A DNA stretch of 64,000 nt, from NCBI GenBank assembly GCA_018825365.1, contig JAHJEV010000003.1:238619-302618 (forward strand), given 5' to 3'. Source of the stretch: Patescibacteria group bacterium. GTDB lineage: Bacteria > Patescibacteriota > WWE3 > UBA101185 > UBA10185. Within the stretch, counting starts at the first letter, position 1. Each line of letters opens with the position of its first letter. Below are positions 25,998 through 36,592 of this stretch, piece by piece. The position numbers were made by a program, and so were the translations under genes. The notes under the pieces were generated by a model. That model did not search any database. It was given only the letters and a program-made list of their open reading frames with translations, and was not told where the DNA came from.

Positions 25998-27383
25998 CTA
26001 AAGGCACTTGGGACAGGCTTTGTCTAAAAGCTTTAGCTTAACCATAACTCTTCTCACATTAAACATAAATTCCGAGTCTTTAATTGACCAAAGCCAGGAT
26101 GTGTTTTTGTTACCCTGATCATAAGCGGCATGCCATATACCATCGAAGAAAAACATTCCAAATATCTGAACAAGAACAGAGAAAATTAAAGTTCCAATAA
26201 AAGCCTTTTTGTATTTTTTATAAATATCAGAATTTAAAAAAGGAACGATCAAAAGAATTAAATAAGGAATAACGTCCGAGCTCATTCTGTAACCAAATGA
26301 GTAACCTCCATACCAATGCTTCCATAAACTTATGATAAAGGTGTGAAAGATTACAATAAGGAAATAAACTAAATATTGGATATTTTCGTGCCAGCCTTTT
26401 CTCATAGCAATACAAAAGCCAATAATAGAAAACACAAAAATTGGAGAATAAACCAAAATACCTTTACTCGGAGACAACCAAACACCAATCAAACTCACCG
26501 GGAAGGGAGACACCCAACTTCCCAAAAGCTGGGTTGCATAACCTTGGTTTTGTATACCTACATAGTATTTGTTGTTATACCAAAGAAAAAATAATACGTT
26601 TAAAGCAAGTCCCACAAGAATACATAGGGCTGCCTTTGTAAAGATTTTTAAATTTGCTGATTTCATAAAAACCAATGTCACAATAAAAGCAAGGCCTAAT
26701 AGTGCTGTCGGACGGGAAAGGATTGCTAATCCGAAAAACAAACCCGACAGAAAAACGTCTGGAAGCTTCTTATCTTTGTCCATGCTGTTTAGGTAGTTAA
26801 GAATAAAGTAAAGGCCTAAGATTGAAAACATTTGAAGAGTCCCGTGTTGCCACATTGACTGAGAAACCATCGCAAAGTTTACCGTTCCAAAAATATAAGC
26901 GATTGTAAGAAGTAAAGATTTCTTCTCATCAAGAAAGTGCTTTTTGAGCAAGATATATAAGAACGTTCCGGAAGCCGAAACTATTAACATTGAGGAAATC
27001 TTTGATAAGAAAATCATATTTTCCCAAGTTACAGGCATACCAAGTTTTATCGGAAGATAAAATACCGGGAGAGATACTAAAGGAGTGATAATAGGAAAAG
27101 CTGAAAGATAGTGATTATTAACTTTTTCTAGGTAATACGGGGTTAGTCCCCTAAGTTGATTTTTGTCATCCGGTTGGGGATACCTTTGAATCATAGTATT
27201 GTAATAGGAATCCAGATACAGAGTCTTTTCCTTTATTATCGAGGCGGGAAGAAATAACGCAGGGACAGTATCTTCAGATTGGACAACAAGTCTGTTTATT
27301 CCTGTTTTATAAACGAATATCCAAGAAAAAAAGAGTACAAAAAAAGAAATAAAAAATAATTTTAGTGAAATATATTTTCCCAT
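25998..27383 (-). CDS. Polytopic membrane protein, putative GT-C-type glycosyltransferase
   Basis: A 461-aa protein with more than 10 predicted TM helices and an extracytoplasmic loop after TM1. No soluble catalytic motif was found. Confidence 0.4.
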   Translation of the reverse strand: MGKYISLKLFFISFFVLFFSWIFVYKTGINRLVVQSEDTVPALFLPASIIKEKTLYLDSYYNTMIQRYPQPDDKNQLRGLTPYYLEKVNNHYLSAFPIITPLVSLPVFYLPIKLGMPVTWENMIFLSKISSMLIVSASGTFLYILLKKHFLDEKKSLLLTIAYIFGTVNFAMVSQSMWQHGTLQMFSILGLYFILNYLNSMDKDKKLPDVFLSGLFFGLAILSRPTALLGLAFIVTLVFMKSANLKIFTKAALCILVGLALNVLFFLWYNNKYYVGIQNQGYATQLLGSWVSPFPVSLIGVWLSPSKGILVYSPIFVFSIIGFCIAMRKGWHENIQYLVYFLIVIFHTFIISLWKHWYGGYSFGYRMSSDVIPYLILLIVPFLNSDIYKKYKKAFIGTLIFSVLVQIFGMFFFDGIWHAAYDQGNKNTSWLWSIKDSEFMFNVRRVMVKLKLLDKACPKCL

Positions 27384-27456
27384 TGATTTAATAATACATT
27401 ACGGGGGCCATTTTGGAGATCATAAGAGTATTTTACTACCACTGCGTATGGAGAAA

Positions 27457-27729
27457 TTACTTATAATTTTCTAATAGTTTAATGTAGTAATCCTTAAAAT
27501 TCTCTGACCATTTCTCCGCGTATGTCTCGTTTTCAACCAAATTTCTAAGATCAATAAGTATATCTTTACCTCGTAAATTACTTATCTTTTTTGATAACTT
27601 CTCAAAAGCACTTTTTGTAGTATAAGACTCTGCGCCATCTTTTAGTAATTTTTCCTTGTTAGGAACAATTTTTCTGTTTCTGTATTCGGGATAGTTAACA
27701 TATTTTGTATACCATCTTAAATAGAACAA
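27457..27729 (-). CDS. Hypothetical small protein
   Basis: A 90-aa charged, K/E-rich protein with no recognisable motif. Confidence 0.3.
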   Translation of the reverse strand: MFYLRWYTKYVNYPEYRNRKIVPNKEKLLKDGAESYTTKSAFEKLSKKISNLRGKDILIDLRNLVENETYAEKWSENFKDYYIKLLENYK

Positions 27730-27870
27730 AACCTCAGGAGTTTTAGTTTCTATGAGCTACTGAGATAAGACAAAAGAATTTCTTACACCTTGTTTAGGCA
27801 TTACTATGAAATTGGGAGAAATTTATTAATTTGTGCAAAAGTACCACAGATTATCTATATTAACCCGTTT

Positions 27871-29556
27871 TTACCTAAATTTGTATAAAATCGCCGAATT
27901 CATCGTAACGGAACCCGCTTCTATAACCTGTAAAAATTTGAAGATCCTACGCTCGGATGGACCCTCCCCTTTGAAATCAATAATGTGCACAAGTTGGGGG
28001 CTATTCTCAAAAAAAACTGCGCTCTCGCTTTTGTCGACCATATAAAAATAAACCAAATACTTCGCACCCATGTATTGAGCTTCTTCCAGCCCAGAAGCGG
28101 TATTAAGAAGGTTTGTGAAATCTTCAGACACAAAACCCGTTGGTTTACTTTCATAAAATCGAGGATTTATTAGAGGTTGCTTATAAGCCGTCATCCAAAA
28201 AATAGCTTCGTTGGTTTTACTGTAGGGATATATAACCACAGGAGACTTTGAGAAGGCCGTTGTTCCAACGTATGAGTAAACTTCTGGTGGGGATCCAATA
28301 TGGGTTACTTTTAATGGGATAAAAAATTCAGAGACACTAAAAAGTGCCAGGATTACGAGAACAGATCGTATTACTAAAGGATTTATTTTCCTACTAGTCA
28401 ATAGATTTACCAACGCGCGGTAACCGTATCCGGTAAATATCAAAGTCAAAAACAAAATTAAAATACCCGCCCGTACCAAAACCCTAAACATCGGAAAAAT
28501 TTCAAACAGGATGTAACTTGGAGAATAAAACGTCATGTTTTTTAGGATAAACACTGGAGACATAGTTAAAAGTATGAGTGCGATGGTGGTTATTAAAAGT
28601 GCCGGGTAATTAATAGGTCTATCTCGTTTGGAACGAAATAACGAAAAAATCCCAACCAAAGCCAGGATCGTGTTTACCCAACCTAGATAAGAGGCGGAAT
28701 GTTCAGCTTTAAAATAGTTTTGTGTTAGATAATTTCCTCCGCTGGAGAGTTGATTTAAAAATTGTTTTGAAAGTTCACCGAAGAAAGGGTTGTCCACGGA
28801 GGGCAAAAGATAATACCAAGGCCGCGAGGAAAAGACTATGAAATCCTCAAAAGGCCTATTCAAAGCCTTACTGTCGGTATTTTCCTCTATCCGTGCTCTA
28901 GGCGCAAAAAAATTAGACTTTACGTAGGGTGCTAAAAATGTGGCTGAGAGAAAAATAAATACCACCAATGTTTTAACAATATCTCTCCAAGATTTTTTTA
29001 TAACGTTAATTTTTGACTCAGAAAAGATAAACTTAAACACCAAATAGATTGAGGTAAATAAAAGCGTAAAGTATCCGAGGTAGTTACTGATTCCAATAAT
29101 TAAGGTCAGTAAAAGTCCTAAAAATACAGCCTTGTGACGACTTTTAGAGAAAAAAAGAGTATCCAAAAACCAAATCACTGGCCAAAACTGCAGTAAGTCA
29201 ATATGCGAGCGACTCTGATAAGCTAAATAGGGACAACTTAGCAGTATCGTGGCTAGCAAAACTGCAACAAAGCGTCCAAAAATTTTCTTAAAAAAACGAA
29301 AAGCAAAAAAGAAATTTAGAGCCAGGCCGCCTAAAACTATAAGATTGTAAGCGAGTATGGGGTCGATCAATTTTGCGAGTAAAAAAACGGGAATAAAAAT
29401 TAAAGGTTGGTTATTGGCAAACAAATTTTGACAAATGCCAGTAGGATAACCTAAATAATCAGTGCAGCCCACTAAAACGTTGCTAATATGGCGGGGAATT
29501 GCAAAAAAACCCGCGTTGTCCTCTATAATGCCTATAAGATAGTTATTAAGAATCAT
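27871..29556 (-). CDS. Polytopic membrane protein, putative GT-C/YfhO-like glycosyltransferase
   Basis: A 561-aa protein with many TM helices in the first ~420 aa and a C-terminal extracytoplasmic domain. Confidence 0.4.
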   Translation of the reverse strand: MILNNYLIGIIEDNAGFFAIPRHISNVLVGCTDYLGYPTGICQNLFANNQPLIFIPVFLLAKLIDPILAYNLIVLGGLALNFFFAFRFFKKIFGRFVAVLLATILLSCPYLAYQSRSHIDLLQFWPVIWFLDTLFFSKSRHKAVFLGLLLTLIIGISNYLGYFTLLFTSIYLVFKFIFSESKINVIKKSWRDIVKTLVVFIFLSATFLAPYVKSNFFAPRARIEENTDSKALNRPFEDFIVFSSRPWYYLLPSVDNPFFGELSKQFLNQLSSGGNYLTQNYFKAEHSASYLGWVNTILALVGIFSLFRSKRDRPINYPALLITTIALILLTMSPVFILKNMTFYSPSYILFEIFPMFRVLVRAGILILFLTLIFTGYGYRALVNLLTSRKINPLVIRSVLVILALFSVSEFFIPLKVTHIGSPPEVYSYVGTTAFSKSPVVIYPYSKTNEAIFWMTAYKQPLINPRFYESKPTGFVSEDFTNLLNTASGLEEAQYMGAKYLVYFYMVDKSESAVFFENSPQLVHIIDFKGEGPSERRIFKFLQVIEAGSVTMNSAILYKFR

Positions 29557-29710
29557 AGCTCTATAGATATGTTATCAAAAATAACGGTACAAACCCAGCT
29601 CGGCGACCGATTTTATAAGCAGTGACAGTGGTATTTTTATTAATTAGATAGTTGATGTAAATCTCCTCACCCTGAGTGCTACCTAATTAACACGTATTTT
29701 AGTCGTGAGT

Positions 29711-30601
29711 TTAAATGTCATTCCCAATAGCTGAGTTAATTTTTATAACAGATGTGAGTTCTTTTATACTCATAAGAGGACAGTTCGCGATGTAATCTTC
29801 GTGTTTTTTCTCACCAGGTGAAGCTCCGATAGTCTCTATTGAAGAATATTTATTTCCTCTTACCTTCAGAAATGCCTGTGCCAGACTTTTTAGTTTAAAC
29901 TTTTTTGTATATTCCAAAGGGTAAAATATTTTACTACTGTCAGGATTAGTTGCTAATCCCACATCTACTAAAAACTTAGCGGCATCAGGAATATTAATAA
30001 AATACCTTGTCATTTCTGGATCAGTTATCTTTATTTTATTATCTTTTTTAAGCTGTTGTTCCCACAAAGGCAATACAGAACCCCTGGACCCTAAAAGATT
30101 TGGGCATCTAGCAATAATAAAAGTTGTGCCACTGTAAAGGTCAACACTCTCCTTCACAAGATACTCTGCAAGAAGTTTTGTAGCACCATAACAATTAGTA
30201 ACGTTTATTGCTTTATCTGATGAGACATATATCAAACGTTTAATAAGTTGGCTCGAATTCAGAATATTTAGAAGTCCGAGTATATTAACTCTGTGCGCTT
30301 CTCGAGGGTTTTGCTCTGCTAAAGATACATGCTTAATTGCGGCTGTATGGAATACAACATCGATGTCCTTCATTGCGTTAGCAATAAGTTCCTTATCAGC
30401 GATATCTCCTAGTTTAAACCTAACAAAACTGGAATTTATTTCATTTTCAGCTTCTTTTATTAGTCCTTCATCTCTGCTAATTGAAAGTATTTTCTCTGCC
30501 CCAAGATCCAAAAGTCTTTTGATAATATTTCTTCCTAACGAACCGCTCCCCCCAGTTATTAGAAATCTAGTATTTTTAATGGGTAACATTTTTTTATTCA
30601 T
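29711..30601 (-). CDS. NDP-sugar 4,6-dehydratase/epimerase, Polysacc_synt_2 (CapD/PseB-like)
   Basis: It has FLITGGSGSLGRNII..., ...FHTAAIKHVSLAEQNPREAHRVNILG... (compare PseB HAAALKQVP...NPMECIKTNI) and a YGATK YxxxK motif. Confidence 0.7.
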   Translation of the reverse strand: MNKKMLPIKNTRFLITGGSGSLGRNIIKRLLDLGAEKILSISRDEGLIKEAENEINSSFVRFKLGDIADKELIANAMKDIDVVFHTAAIKHVSLAEQNPREAHRVNILGLLNILNSSQLIKRLIYVSSDKAINVTNCYGATKLLAEYLVKESVDLYSGTTFIIARCPNLLGSRGSVLPLWEQQLKKDNKIKITDPEMTRYFINIPDAAKFLVDVGLATNPDSSKIFYPLEYTKKFKLKSLAQAFLKVRGNKYSSIETIGASPGEKKHEDYIANCPLMSIKELTSVIKINSAIGNDI

Positions 30602-30818
30602 ACGTCAGTATTCAACAATGTTACAATAAATAAATAATGCTGTAAACTTATGTATCTAGTGTTCAAAAATAACTTTCTATTCAGAACTGTGTCTTATTTA
30701 TAGTCTCTCTCGTAATTCTAATTTCGGGTATACTTATTTTGTCAGGCAGAAAGTCCCATAAGTGCTGTGCCGAAAGTATTCACATAGTTATCCATAAATA
30801 ACTTTTCAGGTACTGATT

Positions 30819-31505
30819 ATGAAAGACATTTATAAAAATAAGTACACAAAAAGTAACGATTTGGAGTTAATCCATAGCACCAGAATTAAAGTAATGCGTG
30901 AAATGATTAAATGTTCGGGTATTGATACCGATAACTCTACGGTACTGGATTTCGGTTGTTATGATGGAACCTTTTTGAGTCTTTTAAGTCCCAATAAGAA
31001 AAATTTATTTGGTATTGAGGCGAGCGATTACGGGGTCAAGTCATGTAGAGAAAAGTCACTAAACGTAAAACAGTTTTATCTAGAAGATACAACAATCATA
31101 CCCTTTGATGACGCGACCTTTGACCTGCTTGTAGCCGGTGAGATTATTGAGCATATTTACGACACTGATCACTTACTTGAAGAATTTTACAGGGTACTAA
31201 AACAAAAAGGTAAGTTAATTATCTCCACGCCCAATATAAGTTCCCTAGGCCGAAGATTACTCCTTCTGGTGGGTAAAAACCCTATCATTGAACTGTCACC
31301 AAATGAAACTGATAGTAGCGGGCATATAAGATATTTCACTTTTAGTACGCTTACTGATTTATTAAAGAAACATTTCTTTAAGGTCGTTGATAAACGTTCC
31401 GACGTTGTAAACCTTTCAGGAGACGGCAAATTAAGGCTTACGACTCCCGCGAGACTTCTTCCCTCAATTGGTCAGAGCATAATTATTTTAGCTGTAAAAG
31501 ATTAG
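30819..31505 (+). CDS. Class I SAM-dependent methyltransferase
   Basis: It has motif I VLDFGCYDGTF and a post-I acidic residue (Methyltransf_11/23-like). Confidence 0.75.
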   Translation: MKDIYKNKYTKSNDLELIHSTRIKVMREMIKCSGIDTDNSTVLDFGCYDGTFLSLLSPNKKNLFGIEASDYGVKSCREKSLNVKQFYLEDTTIIPFDDATFDLLVAGEIIEHIYDTDHLLEEFYRVLKQKGKLIISTPNISSLGRRLLLLVGKNPIIELSPNETDSSGHIRYFTFSTLTDLLKKHFFKVVDKRSDVVNLSGDGKLRLTTPARLLPSIGQSIIILAVKD

Positions 31506-31530
31506 ACGATATCTACTAGTAACGTATGAC

Positions 31531-31818
31531 CTAATATTCCCGCCTAAGATAGAAAAACACTGTTACACATAGAAACAAATAAAAAAGTGCTGATGAGTTT
31601 AAGTAAATCTTCTCTATTCCAATAAGGGAGGCCAGTAGCGTTAAGCTTAAAAAAGCTGCTGAAAGTATAAGACTGATCCCCGGGGCAACTTTAAAGGACT
31701 TTACTGCAATAAACCAGGAAACCAGGATCAGAATGTAAGTCACTATATATAAATCTGGAAAAATATAAGAAAGTAACAAAGAGAGAATAAATACTGCAAT
31801 AAGAATTTTTCTTGTCAT
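31531..31818 (-). CDS. Small membrane protein (3 TM)
   Basis: A 95-aa protein with three hydrophobic helices. It overlaps the giant upstream gene by 4 nt (ATGA). Confidence 0.4.
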   Translation of the reverse strand: MTRKILIAVFILSLLLSYIFPDLYIVTYILILVSWFIAVKSFKVAPGISLILSAAFLSLTLLASLIGIEKIYLNSSALFYLFLCVTVFFYLRREY

Positions 31819-34800
31819 TTTAAACCTCTTCTTAACCGCCCTACAACAACAAATACAGTTAATACAAATGTGAAGATTACGGACAAAATGATTCCAAAAT
31901 ACAGAATTCTTTGCGGTGTGTACTCGATTATCAGGTAATAATTGTTTAAGTTATTTGTATCTTTCGGATCTATTTTCCAAACGTTAGCGTAACCATTAAC
32001 CATAAAATGGGATTTGTCTGCGATCGACGATAAATTCCAAGTGTCAAACATATTTTTATATAAAAACAAGTCCGAGTGAGTGCCCTCATTTACTTTTCCA
32101 CCAAAGTATGAAGCCTGACGGGAATTTAGTCCGGTGTAACCCACATTTGGAACGAAGTATATTTTCCAATTGCTATTGAAATTTTCACCAAAAACTAAAT
32201 CATACGGTTTTTGAGCGCCGACCACTTTAACAACATACTTCGTTTGGTTCACCCTTATGTAATCAATACTTGGAATGTCCTCTTCTGGTGTAACTACCAA
32301 TGGTACTTTCTCTCTCAAGATAATTTTAGGACGGATATACTGAGTAACAGAAATGTTTCTGATTTTAGAAACAGACGCATTATCCTTATAAGCGTTGGAA
32401 TAAAATGCGATAAATGCATTTTTAGTATCTTTACTAGCCTTTACGACTTGTTCAAAAGTTCTGTAGCAAGAGCCTTCCTCAATATACGAGCAAGTTGCGT
32501 CGCCTTCAATATTCACATCCTCCTTATCAGATTTCCCATTAAATTCCTTTGAGTATATATTTCTGTAACTAAATGGATACAAGTCGGTAGAAAAGCTCCC
32601 GGTGTTGGAAGCCTTTGCATAATCGGGAACCTCTTCAATTACAGCGACACCTAAATTGCCATTCGTTACAGAATAATTAAACTTTATTTTGTATTCCTTA
32701 GAAGACTCCCATTCTTTAAGAGGATTAACTGTAATGGGACGGTCATATGACGCACCCTTTTTTTCGGGAGTGAATAATGTGGAAACTATCGATTGTGATC
32801 TAAGATCCAAACCGTTTAAATTATTCGAACTTACAGATTCCCACTTCTTACTGTCAACCAAATTCTTAAAAGTAGGTAACGAAAAACCATATTTATACTC
32901 CTGATCGGTATTTAACTTAACTCTTCCTAAATTAACCCAATCATCCTTTTTATTTTCACTGCTAATTAATTTCGTTAGTGTCGTATCGTGGGCAGCCATA
33001 ACTATATCAAGTGACTCGGTATTAACACTATTTAAGATTCCCGTGGTATCCAAATATACATCATATTCGCCGGATTTTGGCATAGTAAATTTATAGCAAT
33101 ATTCGGCACAGTCCGGATTTCCTACCACGGTTATCCAATCTTTTAACTTATCGTAGGACTGTAAAACTTTTGCACGTTGCTGAGGGCTTACCGAGCTGGA
33201 TAAAACTGCATCCTTGGATTTACCTATATACACAAATGTTTTGCGGACGATACCCCAGAATGCAGGGGTATATTCAGTTTCAGGTATAGATGAGAGCATT
33301 TTTTTAATAGCGCCAAGCTCCTCTACGTAACTATTAATAATCGAGTCCTTATGAGAGGGGTCTAAATCGTATTTTAATAATTCGGCAGACCTCTTGGCGG
33401 ATAACCATACATATACATCAACTTTATCCAGAACCTCGGATTTTATATATATATCTTTGAGTTCGATTAATTTAACTGCGAGGTATTTTATGCTTACTGG
33501 TGAAGTGTTAGCTTCCGGCCAGGCCCACCCTTTGTTCCAAAACATCGTACTGGCAGATAGCTGACTGATCTGTTGTTGAGGTATTACAAAAAAGTCGCTT
33601 GCGGTGTTTTGAACATTTGATGGTATTTCGTGCTTTATTCTTTCATTCGGGTCAAGATAATACACTTGAGATCTCATATCGTAATTCTCAAAATCTACCA
33701 CATTGTGAATGTCGGCCAGACTTGACTGCACATACAAGACTTTATTAGGCACATATAACTTAGGTAGGTATTTTTCGAGAGGTACTTTGTACAAAGTGAA
33801 ATACCTGTTGTCGACTAGTTGTGTAAATGAATTAGTTGTATCAAATGTAGGAACACTCATAGAATCCTTTTGCAACAGGATATGGCTAGTATTGTTGAAG
33901 ATAAAAGAATTATACAAACCGGCTCCGTTTTGAATACCAGACTTATCCTCTATACTAAGGCCATACTCGTCTTGGCGTGCTACCAGCTCCTTTTTCGAAA
34001 TCCATGTCAAAAGATCAGCGCCCGAGTATCCCCACTTTTTACTAATATAACCGTTGGAAAGAGGCAGGAACATCACTTTTGAATCTGTCTTTATAGAATC
34101 TAAGGATTTTCCCATACTCCAATATTCGTTAGGTAGTTTATAGCCTTTGCGCTCAAAGTTGCTTGAGGAATAGTTAAAAAACTTGTGTCCGAAATAAATG
34201 GGGAAAAATATCACTAGATGAATAACTATTAAGATATTTAACAATGAGTTTCCTTTTTTATATTCGCTAATTTTCGTTGCTATTAAAGCAAGAGCAAGTG
34301 AGTAAAACATTGCCGCTCCTATTGCCACGTACGCGGTTGTTCTGAACATGCGGGCCTGAGGGATGTTTACTATTATAAGTCTATAGAGATCTCCAAAAGG
34401 CGGATTTGGTCCCTTTGCAATAAAAACTAACACTAACATTGCACTAAGTAGCAATAAAAATACCTTTCTTTTTTTATTATCCCTGTTGAAAAAATAAAAT
34501 CCGCTTAGCAGAAGTGCCTGAAGGAAAAAGGTCCAAATCACAAAATACCAACTGGTTAAATAATCATGGATACCTGGATAGATATTAATGATTGCACTAT
34601 TAAAAAACCGGATAATATAAAAAATTGAAGCGGTGTGAAGGTCAGCCGACCCTCCGTATGAAGAAAGGTTACTGGAAAATCCTCCCACAGCACCCCAGAA
34701 AATGCTGTAAGTAAAAGGGATAATGACCCACAGATTCAGGCCCACAGTAATTATAAATGCCTTCGACAGATCCAAAATGAGATTTCGTATTTTTGTTGGG

Positions 34801-35411
34801 TATAGGTGCTTGTATATAGCCAGTAAGAACATGGTTGATATAGAAAAAATTATGAGTTGCTTAAGCTGGGGAAGGTCTATAAAGAAAAAGAAGTTTACGC
34901 AAAGAGCAAAGAAAACAGCGTAGATTAGCTTTTTACTTTTTAAATACTTTATGAGAAGGAAGGAGCATATAGGAAATCCGTATAGCGGTAGATATGCGTC
35001 AACAACTAGATAGTAGATCGGGTTTAGGACATAAAAAGTGGCTGCGGCTAAAGCTCCCTTTCCCACATTGGCAACCGCATTAGTAAATAATTCTTTGAAT
35101 AGCAAATAGCTGAATACAAAACCAAGAATGATTAAAGTCAGGATGAGTATTTTATGGGCAATAAAACTGGGGACTCCGATAGACCCTAATATAAAATAAA
35201 ACAGGTACCAAAAAAAATGCGAAGAATTCTGAGACTCGCTTCCGGCATCCCACATAAAAGATTTATTCACGTTGTTTAAAGGGTTAAGAGGAAACATCAC
35301 ATCCCCACCAATGTAGTAATTCTTATCCATCATTGAACAGGCAAAAACTACCAAAGCCACGACAAAGGCTAATTCAATTGCATGGGTTTTTAGATAATTA
35401 ATTATTTTCAT
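31815..35411 (-). CDS. Giant membrane glycosyltransferase-like protein (AftD-like architecture)
   Basis: A 1198-aa protein. The first ~430 aa are polytopic (more than 10 TM). A ~700-aa extracytoplasmic Asn/Ser/Tyr-rich domain follows. A single C-terminal TM anchor (ILYFGIILSVIFTFVLTVFVVVG) is followed by RLRRGLK. Confidence 0.55.
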   Translation of the reverse strand: MKIINYLKTHAIELAFVVALVVFACSMMDKNYYIGGDVMFPLNPLNNVNKSFMWDAGSESQNSSHFFWYLFYFILGSIGVPSFIAHKILILTLIILGFVFSYLLFKELFTNAVANVGKGALAAATFYVLNPIYYLVVDAYLPLYGFPICSFLLIKYLKSKKLIYAVFFALCVNFFFFIDLPQLKQLIIFSISTMFLLAIYKHLYPTKIRNLILDLSKAFIITVGLNLWVIIPFTYSIFWGAVGGFSSNLSSYGGSADLHTASIFYIIRFFNSAIINIYPGIHDYLTSWYFVIWTFFLQALLLSGFYFFNRDNKKRKVFLLLLSAMLVLVFIAKGPNPPFGDLYRLIIVNIPQARMFRTTAYVAIGAAMFYSLALALIATKISEYKKGNSLLNILIVIHLVIFFPIYFGHKFFNYSSSNFERKGYKLPNEYWSMGKSLDSIKTDSKVMFLPLSNGYISKKWGYSGADLLTWISKKELVARQDEYGLSIEDKSGIQNGAGLYNSFIFNNTSHILLQKDSMSVPTFDTTNSFTQLVDNRYFTLYKVPLEKYLPKLYVPNKVLYVQSSLADIHNVVDFENYDMRSQVYYLDPNERIKHEIPSNVQNTASDFFVIPQQQISQLSASTMFWNKGWAWPEANTSPVSIKYLAVKLIELKDIYIKSEVLDKVDVYVWLSAKRSAELLKYDLDPSHKDSIINSYVEELGAIKKMLSSIPETEYTPAFWGIVRKTFVYIGKSKDAVLSSSVSPQQRAKVLQSYDKLKDWITVVGNPDCAEYCYKFTMPKSGEYDVYLDTTGILNSVNTESLDIVMAAHDTTLTKLISSENKKDDWVNLGRVKLNTDQEYKYGFSLPTFKNLVDSKKWESVSSNNLNGLDLRSQSIVSTLFTPEKKGASYDRPITVNPLKEWESSKEYKIKFNYSVTNGNLGVAVIEEVPDYAKASNTGSFSTDLYPFSYRNIYSKEFNGKSDKEDVNIEGDATCSYIEEGSCYRTFEQVVKASKDTKNAFIAFYSNAYKDNASVSKIRNISVTQYIRPKIILREKVPLVVTPEEDIPSIDYIRVNQTKYVVKVVGAQKPYDLVFGENFNSNWKIYFVPNVGYTGLNSRQASYFGGKVNEGTHSDLFLYKNMFDTWNLSSIADKSHFMVNGYANVWKIDPKDTNNLNNYYLIIEYTPQRILYFGIILSVIFTFVLTVFVVVGRLRRGLK

Positions 35412-35461
35412 ATGTCCCGATAATAGTTTTTTAACCTGTCTTGAAATTCACTTGCCATATT

Positions 35462-36592
35462 TTAATATCCAAAAGCTGAAAGTTCTATTGACGCGATAGT
35501 GTCCCATGAATATTTGTCTAACAGCACCATTCCTGCCCTATTTATAAAATCTCCACTTTTTAACAAACTCAATACTTTGGCTGCAGTTGCCATAGTATCA
35601 CCTTTCTTTACAAAATAAACCTCATCTTTAACATACAGCGGTTTATACGCATCCAAATCGTATGCAATACACTTAAGCCCACTGCAGACTGCCTCTAAAA
35701 GAGAGACCCCAAAGCTCTCATTAGGGCTTAAAAACAGGTATATTTTACTGCTTCCAATAATATCAAATTTCTCTCTTCCTGCTTTGAATCCAAGCATTAT
35801 TACATTTTTTTGCAAACCAAGTTCGTTTACTTTTTTCTGAAAAGAACTTTCGGAGGAATCGTCGCCCCTTCCCATCAAAGCTAGTAGAAAATCGGGGTAC
35901 TCTTTTTTTACAATAAGCAGTACTTTAAGCAAGTCATAAACCCCCTTGGTTTCATTAATTCTACCAACAAACAGGGCGTCATATTTATACACACCCCGGG
36001 GTTTTGTCTCTTTAATCAGCTCTACTTCCACAGCACAACCAGTTATATGAATAACACCTTTCTTAAAACCTCTGTCTAACATAAAATTGTTTAGGTCTTG
36101 GGTGATTACAAAAATAGCATCAGCCTTTTTTAATAAAAGTAAGCTCATTTCAAAAAAAATATAGGCCAGAAGCTTAATATATTTATTACCAGGCTCTTTA
36201 TATGACACTGTGTTATCAAAATTCACGCCCCATATAAACTTTTCCCCGAATATTTTAAGAAGATATGGAATAAGAAGAAGATCTAAAACCGCTGACAAAG
36301 AATATATAACATCAAAACTTGATTGCCTAATTAGCTTTATATATTTTAGAGCAAACAAATTGCGCTTCATGAATTCGAATATTAGCACTATCCGATTAGT
36401 CGGGTTTACAGCGTTATCGATAGTGTAGTAGGTAATATTTCCTAAATTCTTTTCGTATGCCTGTTTGGCGTCCTTGGTGCACAGCATGTGTATATCGCAA
36501 CCGTTTTTCTGCCAATAACGAATCTTTGAAATTACCGGTACCCGATTATTTCCTACTATAAAACTTAAATCATTTATCAGTATTTTTTTCAT
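35462..36592 (-). CDS. Glycosyltransferase family 4
   Basis: It has the NESFGVSLLEAVCSGLKCIAYD motif. Confidence 0.7.
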   Translation of the reverse strand: MKKILINDLSFIVGNNRVPVISKIRYWQKNGCDIHMLCTKDAKQAYEKNLGNITYYTIDNAVNPTNRIVLIFEFMKRNLFALKYIKLIRQSSFDVIYSLSAVLDLLLIPYLLKIFGEKFIWGVNFDNTVSYKEPGNKYIKLLAYIFFEMSLLLLKKADAIFVITQDLNNFMLDRGFKKGVIHITGCAVEVELIKETKPRGVYKYDALFVGRINETKGVYDLLKVLLIVKKEYPDFLLALMGRGDDSSESSFQKKVNELGLQKNVIMLGFKAGREKFDIIGSSKIYLFLSPNESFGVSLLEAVCSGLKCIAYDLDAYKPLYVKDEVYFVKKGDTMATAAKVLSLLKSGDFINRAGMVLLDKYSWDTIASIELSAFGY

